From positions 1,738,225 to 1,802,224 of the forward strand of contig OY282363.1 in the NCBI GenBank assembly GCA_958295695.1: a stretch of DNA of 64,000 bases. Reading direction: 5' to 3'. The notes beneath the pieces are model-generated. The model saw nothing but the letters and a program-made list of their open reading frames with translations. It was not told where the DNA came from and made no database searches. The DNA is from an uncultured Alphaproteobacteria bacterium (lineage in GTDB: Bacteria; Pseudomonadota; Alphaproteobacteria; SP197). Position numbers and translations under genes: made by a program. Shown in pieces: positions 1 through 7,197 of the stretch (within the stretch, counting starts at the first letter, position 1; each line of letters begins with the position of its first letter).

Positions 1-712
1 CAACACCGAGACCAGCACCATGGCGCGGGAATCCGATGTCGTGCTTGCGACGCACGCCGGCCCCGAGATCGGCGTCGCGGCGACCAAGACCTTCACCTGC
101 CAACTCGCCGTCCTCCTGAGCCTCGCCATCGCCGCGGCCCGGGCGCGCGGCGCCCGGTCGGACGAAGAGCTCCGGCGCGCCGCCGCGGCGTTGGCCTCCC
201 TGCCGACCCAGGTGTCGCGCGCGCTGCGCACGGAAGACCGGGCGCGGGCCATCGCCCATGACATCGCCGAGGCGCGCGATGTGCTCTACCTGGGCCGCGG
301 CGCCTCCTATGTCATCGCCATGGAAGGAGCATTGAAACTCAAGGAAATCAGCTACATACACGCGGAAGGTTATGCATCGGGCGAGATGAAGCACGGTCCC
401 ATCGCGCTGATCGACGAGCATGTCCCGATCATCGTCGTCGCGCCCACGGACGCGCTCTTCGACAAGACCATGTCGAACGTCCAGGAAGCCGCCGCGCGCG
501 AGGGGCGCATCATGCTGATCACCGACGAGGAGGGGGCCCGCCGGGCCGGCGACGTGGCCGAGAGAACGCTGATCGCGCCCCGGGCCGATCCGCTGATCGC
601 GCCGGTCGTCTACGCCGTTCCGGTCCAGATGATCGCCTACCATGCCGCGGTCAGGAAAGGCACCGACGTCGACCAGCCCCGCAATCTCGCCAAGAGCGTG
701 ACGGTCGAGTAG
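1..712 (+). CDS. glmS: glutamine--fructose-6-phosphate aminotransferase, C-terminal part (5' end outside window)
   Basis: The frame of ORF 20..712 stays open to the window edge. SIS-domain motifs are present (GPEIGVAATKTFT; EGALKLKEISYIHAEGYASGEMKHGPIALID), as is the family-typical C-terminus DQPRNLAKSVTVE. Confidence 0.93.
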   Translation, partial: NTETSTMARESDVVLATHAGPEIGVAATKTFTCQLAVLLSLAIAAARARGARSDEELRRAAAALASLPTQVSRALRTEDRARAIAHDIAEARDVLYLGRGASYVIAMEGALKLKEISYIHAEGYASGEMKHGPIALIDEHVPIIVVAPTDALFDKTMSNVQEAAAREGRIMLITDEEGARRAGDVAERTLIAPRADPLIAPVVYAVPVQMIAYHAAVRKGTDVDQPRNLAKSVTVE

Positions 713-879
713 AGCGTTGTCGGCGCCGGCATGTCGGACCTGGTTGCGGGCCACCGGCTCAAGCAGGTGGGTCTTTCCTTCACCGTTGTCGAGCGCCGCG
801 CCGAGATCGGCGGAACCCGACTCGACAACGCCTCGCGATACAAGCGTCCGGCGTTTGGCGACCGCGTTCTCCGATCGTC

Positions 880-1241
880 CGCTCACTATCGCCCGCGGGT
901 CCTTCATCAGCAGGAACAGGCGACAGGGATCCGTGGGGCGCGGCTCGAACTCCAGAGCCTCGTACCAAGCCCGCGCCTCGTCGTCCTTGGTGTGGACAGG
1001 AAGCGCCCGGATATCGGCGGCCGCGGCGGTCGAGGATATCCTGGAAGGCCCGCCACCGCCGGTCGTCGATCCGGAACATCCGCCGGGCGACCAAGGTGTC
1101 CTCGGCGGCGGCGACCCCGGCCTCGAGCAGAAACTCCGTGACGTTCTTGTGCGACAAGGCCGCGGCCCGCTGGAGCAACGCCTTCACGCTCGGGGTCGTC
1201 CGAAACTCGATGCGCTACGACTTGTTTTCGGCGATGGCCGT
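880..1241 (-). pseudogene. eroded type II toxin-antitoxin pair: DUF1778 (TacA-like) antitoxin remnant joined by deletion to the last ~45 codons of a GNAT (TacT-like) toxin
   Basis: My minus-strand translation reads TAIAENKS*RIEFRTTPSVKALLQRAAALSHKNVTEFLLEAGVAAAEDTLVARRMFRIDDRRWRAFQDILD, a DUF1778 pattern. It has an in-frame TAG at 1215-1217, and GGAGGA at 1248-1253 is followed by ACG (1239-1241) where ATG is expected. A different frame then reads ADIRALPVHTKDDEARAWYEALEFEPRPTDPCRLFLLMKD, which is GNAT-toxin C-terminal motif. The N-terminal ~120 toxin codons are missing. Confidence 0.6.
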
Positions 1242-1361
1242 GAGCGTTCCTCCGAGAGGATCCGCCGGCGTCCTGTCATACGGATATTGTACGGACAAGG
1301 ACGCATCGACGCCGGATGTCAATGGCGCTCCAACATGCCTCGCACGAGCCCCAGGCGACGA

Positions 1362-1910
1362 CTACTCGGTCGCCGCGGCCTCATCCTCTTCCTTCATCTG
1401 CTTGAGCAGTTCGGCGTTGTCCATCATGGCCTGCTTGCGGGCGCTACAGGAGCAACCGCCGTACTGGGCCCAGGTCACGGGATCGACGAAGGGGCCCGAC
1501 CACATGCCGACGCCGTCCCGTTCGGCGGCCGCGGCGCGCTCGAGATACTCCGCGCCGCGGTCTTCGTCGGGCACGGCAAGCCCGGCGTCGATCATGGCGC
1601 CGGCGAGGTCGCGGCCCGCGGCGCTGCAACGGCCCACGAGGCCCGCGCCCGTTTCCGCGATGTCCGAGCAGACGACCTCGTCGGCGCCGATCGCTTCTTC
1701 GAGATAGAGCGCCGCGTCCCAGCCGCAGGACCAGACGTTGTCCCTGGAACCGCAATTCTGGGTGATGGTCGGCGCGTGTACGCCATGGAGGGTCACCTCC
1801 CGTTCGCCGAACCGCACGGTGTCGCCGTCCATCACCATGGGTTGGCCGGCGAACTCGGCGAACGCCAGAGCGGGCGCCAGAGCGAGGATTGCCGTCAGCA
1901 GACGTTTCAC
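1362..1910 (-). CDS. secreted thermonuclease (SNase-like) family protein
   Basis: This is the C-terminal 182 codons of ORF 1362..2696. A GTG start at 1910 is preceded by GGAGGG. The signal peptide is VKRLLTAILALAPALAFA. An SNase-like core is present (MDGDTVRFG..V.LHGVHAP...GRCSAAGRDLAGAMIDAGLAV). Confidence 0.75.
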   Translation of the reverse strand: MKRLLTAILALAPALAFAEFAGQPMVMDGDTVRFGEREVTLHGVHAPTITQNCGSRDNVWSCGWDAALYLEEAIGADEVVCSDIAETGAGLVGRCSAAGRDLAGAMIDAGLAVPDEDRGAEYLERAAAAERDGVGMWSGPFVDPVTWAQYGGCSCSARKQAMMDNAELLKQMKEEDEAAATE

Positions 1911-1984
1911 GGTGTCCCTCCATCGTGTTTGCCGAGCGACCGGAGTATGGCCCAGGCGCGGGAACCGCGCCAAGAGGCCGGATT

Positions 1985-2788
1985 TCACGTTTCCGCGCGC
2001 CGCAGAACGGCGATGAGCTCGTCTTCGAACGGAACGAGCGCGAGGTCGCGGCCGATGCGGGCGGCCAGCGCTTCGACGTGGCTCCGGTAGGTCTCCCGCA
2101 TGCCCTTCTCCCGGCCGCCGAGCGACCGTGCGGGGTAGGTGACGACCACTTGGGGGACGTCGGCGAGGCGCCGGAGCAGCGCGAGGGACGCGCCGTCGTC
2201 CTGCCGGTCGAGGCAGGGCAGGGTTTTGAGCGCCAACGCCAAGTCCGCGCCGCCGCTCTCGATTCCGCCCAGAACGTCGGCCCACAGGCTTTCGCCCGGC
2301 CGGCCGAGGCGCTTGAGAAGCCGCCCCGTCGCCTCCGCGACGCGGCGGTTCGCCTCCACGGCGCGGTAGCGGGTCGAGGGCGGTAGACCCATGAACGGCA
2401 GCGCGAAACCGTTGAAACCCGCCGCGACATCCAGGATGTGCGCGGGGAACCCGGTCTGGGCCCAGATGGCGGCGTAGAAGGCGTCCAGACGGTCGAGCCG
2501 CTCCGCGCTGGAGCGGTGCAGGCGGAGGACCGCCCGGCATGTCTCGACGATGTCGGCGCCGGTGTCCAGCGCATCGAGCCGGCGTTCGAGCGCGCGCAGG
2601 CTCCCGGGATCGAGGTAGGCGCCGAAAGCCTGATGCAACTTGCGCTTGGCGGCCTTCAACGCCTCGGCGGGCCTCGAATGCCGCTCGATCGCCCATCGCG
2701 CCGTTCGCTCCAGGGCCTCGGGCGCCAGGTCGCGGTACTTCGACGATGACGAGAGGACCCCGACGACCGAAGCGAGGGGATCAGCCAT
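1985..2788 (-). CDS. FmrO/Rmt/Arm-family 16S rRNA (guanine1405-N7)-methyltransferase homologue
   Basis: The 267-aa product is collinear with remembered RmtB/ArmA motifs: SSKYRDLAPEALERT; KLHQAFGAYL; LRLHRSSAERLDRLDAFYAAIW; ILDVAAGFNGFALPFM; DLALALKTLPCLDRQ; VVVTYPARSLGGREKGMRETY. The ATG at 2788 overlaps the upstream stop by 8 nt. Confidence 0.85.
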   Translation of the reverse strand: MADPLASVVGVLSSSSKYRDLAPEALERTARWAIERHSRPAEALKAAKRKLHQAFGAYLDPGSLRALERRLDALDTGADIVETCRAVLRLHRSSAERLDRLDAFYAAIWAQTGFPAHILDVAAGFNGFALPFMGLPPSTRYRAVEANRRVAEATGRLLKRLGRPGESLWADVLGGIESGGADLALALKTLPCLDRQDDGASLALLRRLADVPQVVVTYPARSLGGREKGMRETYRSHVEALAARIGRDLALVPFEDELIAVLRRAET

Positions 2789-3866
2789 CGGCCTCGCTCC
2801 GGCGCATCCTGTCGATCAACCGGGCGTAGAATCCGAGGTTGTGGCGCGTGGCCAGCCGCTCCGCCGCCGCATCGCCGATCTTGAAGAGATGATGAAGGTA
2901 GGCGCGCGAGGGGCCTTCGGGATCGAGGGACGGGTCTAGGGCCGACCGGTCTCGCGAGTGCCGTTCATGCTCCATGTAGAGAACATCATAAGATTTATTA
3001 TTTTTCAATATATTATCACTATTATCTAATGTAATATATAAACGCTTGCGACGAGCGTTGCGAGTGGGCAGGGCGCAGTCGAACAGACGGTAGCCGGCCC
3101 GCCAGGCCGCGAGCATGTTTTCCGGCTTTCCGATGCCGAGCGCATGCTTGGGGGCGTCCGCGGGCAGCAGGTCCGCGGTCATGGCGACCATGTCCGTCAG
3201 CAGGCCGTCGTCGCCGATGGGCCAGCCGCCGAAGCCGAAACCGTCGAAACCCATGCCGGCGAGCTCGCCGGCGCAACGTCTGCGCAGGTCGGGATCGGCG
3301 CCGCCCTGGACGACCGCGAAGAGCAGGGGGCGCCCGGCGGCGGCGGCGCCCGGTTCGCAGCCGGCCCGGGCGACGAATTCGTCGCGGCAGCGCCGCGCCC
3401 AGTCGAGCGTCCGTTCGATCCCGGCCCGCTGCGCCTCGGCGGGATCGTTGGGGTGGGTGCACTGGTCGAGGCAGAACAGGATGTCGGCGTCGAGATCGAG
3501 CTGGCGCCGGATACACTTCTCGGGCGTGAGGAGGCGCTTCCTGGCGCCCTTTTCGTGCCGGTAGACGAAGCCCCTGTCGGTCACGCTGCCGAGGCCCGCG
3601 CCGGACGCGGCCATCGACCACGCCTGGAAGCCTCCGGAATCGGACGCGGCGATGCCGTTCCAGCCCATGAAGCGGTGGACGCCGCCCACGGCCTTCACGG
3701 TCGAGGCGCCCGGCCGCGTGGCGAGATGCAGGCTGTTCACCATCAGCGCCTCGACGCCGCATTCGGCGAGGTCGCGGGAATCGAGACCCTTCACGACCGC
3801 GCGCGTGCCGTCGGGCAGGAACGCCGGCAGGCGGAGCGGGCCGCGGCGGGTGCCGAGGACCTTCAC
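2781..3866 (-). CDS. tRNA-guanine transglycosylase (TGT) fold protein, divergent (no Zn-cysteine cluster)
   Basis: The 361-aa product carries TGT motifs: LPAFLPDGT, SDSGGFQAW, LFCLDQCT, FGFGGW, ALGIGKPEN, LFDCALPTRNARR, SRAYLHHL, RHNLGFYARLI. The CxCxxC zinc motif is replaced by SLDPEG. The GTG start at 3866 overlaps the rsmI stop (GTGA). Confidence 0.85.
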   Translation of the reverse strand: MKVLGTRRGPLRLPAFLPDGTRAVVKGLDSRDLAECGVEALMVNSLHLATRPGASTVKAVGGVHRFMGWNGIAASDSGGFQAWSMAASGAGLGSVTDRGFVYRHEKGARKRLLTPEKCIRRQLDLDADILFCLDQCTHPNDPAEAQRAGIERTLDWARRCRDEFVARAGCEPGAAAAGRPLLFAVVQGGADPDLRRRCAGELAGMGFDGFGFGGWPIGDDGLLTDMVAMTADLLPADAPKHALGIGKPENMLAAWRAGYRLFDCALPTRNARRKRLYITLDNSDNILKNNKSYDVLYMEHERHSRDRSALDPSLDPEGPSRAYLHHLFKIGDAAAERLATRHNLGFYARLIDRMRRSEADG

Positions 3867-4573
3867 GCCCGGCCCTTCGTCCGCGGGAACTTCGGGTTGT
3901 CGCCGGCGATCACGACCGTGACCTCGCCCCTGGGCGTCTCCTCCGAGAACCGCGCCGCGAGGGTCGAGATCCAGCCCCGGGCGGTTTCCTCGAACATCTT
4001 GGTGAGCTCGATGCAGACCGCCGCCCTGCGGTCGCCATAGACCTCCAGCGCGTCGGCCAGCAAGGCGCCCAGCCGGTGGGGCGATTCGAACAGCACCTGG
4101 GTGTGGCCGCTGCCGGTTTCGGCGGCCAGGAAGGTCCGCCGCTTGCCGGCCTTGCGCGGCGGGAAGCCGCGGAACGTGTAGCTCGCCGTCGGCAGGCCCG
4201 AGAGCGCGAGCGCGGTGGCGACCGCCGTCGGTCCCGGAACCGCCTCGACCGCGAAACCCTCTTCGGTGGCCATACGGACCGCGCGAAAACCGGGATCGCT
4301 GAGCCCCGGCATGCCGGCGTCGGTGGCGAGCCCCACCTTGAGACCCCGGCGCAGCAGGCCCGCCATGCGTTCCGTGGCCCGGTCCTCGTTATGGTCGTGG
4401 CAGGAGAAGACCACGGGCGGGCTGCGCAGGCCGAAGCGCTCGTAGAGCTTGCGTGTGCGGCGCGTGTCCTCGCAGGCGAGAGCGTCGAGCGAACCCAGGG
4501 TATCGAGGACCCGCTTCGAAATGTCGTCCAGGTTGCCGATAGGCGTGCCGATCAGGATGAGCGTGCCCGTCAT
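3863..4573 (-). CDS. rsmI: 16S rRNA (cytidine1402-2'-O)-methyltransferase RsmI-like
   Basis: An internal ATG at 4573 in ORF 3863..4714 is preceded by GGAAGG. RsmI pattern: LILIGTPIGNLDDISKRVLDTLGSLDALACEDTRRTRKL...ATDAGMPGLSDPGF...VPGPTAVATALALSGLP...FESPHRL...ELTKMFEE. Confidence 0.85.
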   Translation of the reverse strand: MTGTLILIGTPIGNLDDISKRVLDTLGSLDALACEDTRRTRKLYERFGLRSPPVVFSCHDHNEDRATERMAGLLRRGLKVGLATDAGMPGLSDPGFRAVRMATEEGFAVEAVPGPTAVATALALSGLPTASYTFRGFPPRKAGKRRTFLAAETGSGHTQVLFESPHRLGALLADALEVYGDRRAAVCIELTKMFEETARGWISTLAARFSEETPRGEVTVVIAGDNPKFPRTKGRA

Positions 4574-4632
4574 GCGCCTTCCGTTCTTGACCCCGCGTCC
4601 GCGCCCCGTTTCCATGCCCGCGTTCGGGCGGG

Positions 4633-6729
4633 TTGTCGAGCATGGCGGGTTCGAAGGAGACCCTCGCGGCCCTGGTGGCGCCGCGGCGCATCGCGGTGGT
4701 CGGCGCCACCCCACGCGAGGGCGCGGTGGGCAACCGGGTGATCCGGCATGTCGCCGGGCCGCGCTTCGCCGGCGGCGTCGTCGCGGTCAACCCGGGCTAC
4801 GGCGAGGTGCTCGGCCGCACTTGCCACCCTTCGCTGGAAGCGCTTCCCGACGCCGCCGATTGCGCGGTCATGTGCGTCGGCGACAACCGCGTCGAGGCGG
4901 CCGTCGAGGACGCCGCGCGCGCCGGCGTCAAGGCGGTCGTCCTGCTCGGCCGCCTCTACGATCCGGGCCACGGCGGCCCCACGCTCCCGGAGCGTGTCGC
5001 GGGCCTCTGCCGGGAGGCCGGCATGGCCGCCTGCGGGGCGAACTGCATGGGTGTGTTCAACACCATCGACGATGTGTGCCTGGCCATGAGCCACCTGCCC
5101 GGGCTGGACCGGCCCGGGCGCATCGGCCTGCTGTCCCACAGCGGCTCGACCTGGTCGGGGCTGGGCGGAAATCACCGGCCGTTGCGTTTCGGGATCGGCG
5201 TCTCGATGGGCAACGAGCTCGTGACGGGCCTGGCGGACTATCTCGAGTTCCTCGTCGAACGTCCCGAAACCTCCGCCATCGGTCTCGTGCTGGAGACGGT
5301 GCGCGACGGCGACCGTTTCGTCGCCGCCGCGGAGGCGGCGGACAGGGCCGGCGTCCCCCTCGTCGCCCTGAAACTCGGCAAGACCGAGAAGGCGCGCGGG
5401 TTCGCGCTCTCCCACAGCGGCGCCCTGGCGGGCGACGAGCGGGTCTACGACGCCGTGTTCCGCCGCCGCAACGTCATCGGCGTCGACACGCTCGACGAGA
5501 TGGCGGATACGCTGGAGGCGATGGCCTGCGGCCGCGCGCCCACGGCCGACACGGTTGGAATCCAGACAGATTCCGGCGGCGAGCGGCAGCTCATCGCCGA
5601 TCTCGCCGAGCGCAACAAGGTGCCGCTCGCTGTCTTCGGCGAGGCCACCCGGGCGGCGCTGGCCGGGGTGCTCGATCCGGGCCTGGAGCCCGACAACCCC
5701 GTGGATTACTGGGGCGAGGGAGGTCTTCCCGTCGCGCCCAGGGTCATGGACGCGATCGCGCGGGCGCCGGAGGTCGGGGTCGTGGTCTTCTCCACCAACA
5801 TGGTGTCGGGCCGTGCGCTGCTCAACGCCTCGACCGCCGCGCTCGAGGACGCCCACCGGGCGACGGACAAGCCCTGCATGATGCTGGCGAACATCTCCGA
5901 CGCCGTCGACGCCGGGGAGGCCGCGCGCCTCCGCGACGCGGGAATCCCCGTCCTTTCGGGCACCGAGACCGGTCTCAGGGCGATCGGCCATCTGATCGGA
6001 TGGCACGCGCGCCGGAGAGAGAGCGGAGAGCGCGGCGGCGCGGTCGAACCACCGGATTCCGGGATCGTGGCGTACTGGCGTCGGCGGCTCGAGGACCGCG
6101 CGCCGGCGCCGGAGGAGGCGATCGCCATGGTCGCCGATTTCGGCGTGCCGGCGCCCGAGACCGCGGTGTGCGCGGACGAGCGGGACGCGGTCGCCGCGGC
6201 GGAACGCATCGGATTCCCGGTCGTGCTGAAGACGGCGGACCCTTCGATCCCGCACAAGACCGACGTGGGCGGCGTTGTTCTGGATATCGGGACCGATGAC
6301 GAGCTTCGCGCGGCCTACCGGGCCATGGCCGGCGCGCTCGGATCCCGCGTCCTGATCCAGCCGATGGTCTCCCCAGGTGTCGAGATGCTCGTCGGGATGA
6401 CGTCGGATCCGACCTTCGGGCCGGTCATGACCCTGGCGACGGGCGGTGTCCTGACGGAGGTGCTGGACGACGCGGTGGCGGCGGCGCCGCCGGTGTCGCC
6501 CGGCGAGGCCGCCGATCTGGTCGCCGGCCTCAAGGGTTCGGTCCTGCTCGATGGCGTGCGCGGCGCGCGGCCGGCGGACCGCGACGCGCTGGCCCGGGCC
6601 GTGTCGCGCCTCTCGGCGATGGCGGTGGCGCTCGGCGACCTGATCGGCGCGTTCGACGTCAATCCCCTGATCGTCCACGAGCGGGGCGTGACCGCCGTCG
6701 ACGCGCTGGTGACGCCGCGGGGACCGTGA
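4633..6729 (+). CDS. acetate/acyl--CoA ligase (ADP-forming) family protein (CoA-binding + ATP-grasp domains)
   Basis: The 698-aa product has an N-terminal CoA-binding pattern (RRIAVVGATPREGAVGNRV) and a succinyl-CoA-synthetase-like flavodoxin region. The C-terminal ATP-grasp region contains GFPVVLKTADPSIPHKTDVGGV. The start could be the ATG at 4642 rather than the TTG at 4633. Confidence 0.8.
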   Translation: MSSMAGSKETLAALVAPRRIAVVGATPREGAVGNRVIRHVAGPRFAGGVVAVNPGYGEVLGRTCHPSLEALPDAADCAVMCVGDNRVEAAVEDAARAGVKAVVLLGRLYDPGHGGPTLPERVAGLCREAGMAACGANCMGVFNTIDDVCLAMSHLPGLDRPGRIGLLSHSGSTWSGLGGNHRPLRFGIGVSMGNELVTGLADYLEFLVERPETSAIGLVLETVRDGDRFVAAAEAADRAGVPLVALKLGKTEKARGFALSHSGALAGDERVYDAVFRRRNVIGVDTLDEMADTLEAMACGRAPTADTVGIQTDSGGERQLIADLAERNKVPLAVFGEATRAALAGVLDPGLEPDNPVDYWGEGGLPVAPRVMDAIARAPEVGVVVFSTNMVSGRALLNASTAALEDAHRATDKPCMMLANISDAVDAGEAARLRDAGIPVLSGTETGLRAIGHLIGWHARRRESGERGGAVEPPDSGIVAYWRRRLEDRAPAPEEAIAMVADFGVPAPETAVCADERDAVAAAERIGFPVVLKTADPSIPHKTDVGGVVLDIGTDDELRAAYRAMAGALGSRVLIQPMVSPGVEMLVGMTSDPTFGPVMTLATGGVLTEVLDDAVAAAPPVSPGEAADLVAGLKGSVLLDGVRGARPADRDALARAVSRLSAMAVALGDLIGAFDVNPLIVHERGVTAVDALVTPRGP

Positions 6730-6824
6730 GTGTCCGGTGGCGCGGCCCATGCAGATTTCGCATGGATGGGGCGACGAAATCCCGCTACCGCGCGGGCCGG
6801 CGGAAAACTATCTCGCCCCTCGAC

Positions 6825-6849
6825 GGCCCCGGACGAAGGCGGGCCTTTT
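6825..6849 (+). terminator. possible intrinsic terminator after the acyl-CoA ligase gene
   Basis: GGCCCCG / CGGGCC stem (one bulged C) with loop GACGAAGG, followed by TTTT at 6846-6849. It lies ~100 nt after the stop at 6729. Confidence 0.35.
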
Positions 6850-6868
6850 GCCGGCGAGGAACAAGGCC

Positions 6869-7039
6869 ATGTCCAACATTCTCCGCAAGCTGCGCGCCGA
6901 GTGGCGGGTGAAGAGCATGCGCCGGGAGCTCGCCGGCCTGACGGACGGGCAGCTCGACGATCTCGGCATCCATCGCGGTCAGATCGCCGATCTGGCGCGG
7001 TACTGCCACGGCCTCGGGCCGCGTCCAGACAGCATCTGA
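6869..7039 (+). CDS. DUF1127 domain small protein
   Basis: An internal ATG at 6869 in ORF 6737..7039 is preceded by GAGGAA. The 56-aa product MSNILRKLRAEWRVKSMRRELAGLTDGQLDDLGIHRGQIADLAR has the DUF1127 signature (L..L.D..L.DIGI.R..I). Confidence 0.8.
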   Translation: MSNILRKLRAEWRVKSMRRELAGLTDGQLDDLGIHRGQIADLARYCHGLGPRPDSI

Positions 7040-7197
7040 CATCCGCCCGGCTTCCTCCGGCCCGGAGTATCGCGCGACAGGGTTCCCGAGGCTGGCGTAC
7101 TTCGGACGCCACGACAAACCCTGTCCGCGCCGTCCGAGGCCGATTGCCGCGCGACTCGCCAACCTGTATCGTCCGGCCGGTCAGCCGGAGGCGTCCG

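Noticed and set aside
713-1300. Tn7-like transposon ends or tns genes downstream of glmS
   Set aside because: No TGT...ACA-type terminal repeats with TnsB-box-like reiterations were seen and no transposition genes are present. Only the hotspot context is noted in the findings.
717-2696. Plus-strand ORF 717..2090 (457 aa), and the N-terminal 260 codons of minus-strand ORF 1362..2696
   Set aside because: These are low-complexity R/P/G/A translations. The real genes here are the thermonuclease (1362..1910) and the Rmt-like methyltransferase (1985..2788), both on the minus strand in other frames.
2976-3044. AT-rich patch as an inserted MITE or foreign DNA fragment within the TGT-like gene
   Set aside because: There are no flanking direct or inverted repeats. 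The encoded peptide stays in frame and still aligns with the corresponding Tgt segment, so I treat it as a native coding segment with anomalous codon usage (see findings).
4570-6750. 726-aa minus-strand ORF, and the overlapping 616-aa plus-strand ORF 4449..6299
   Set aside because: It is antisense or out of frame to the well-supported acyl-CoA ligase gene (4633..6729). The products are R/G/P/D/H-rich low-complexity strings with no motifs, which is typical of shadow ORFs in GC-rich DNA.
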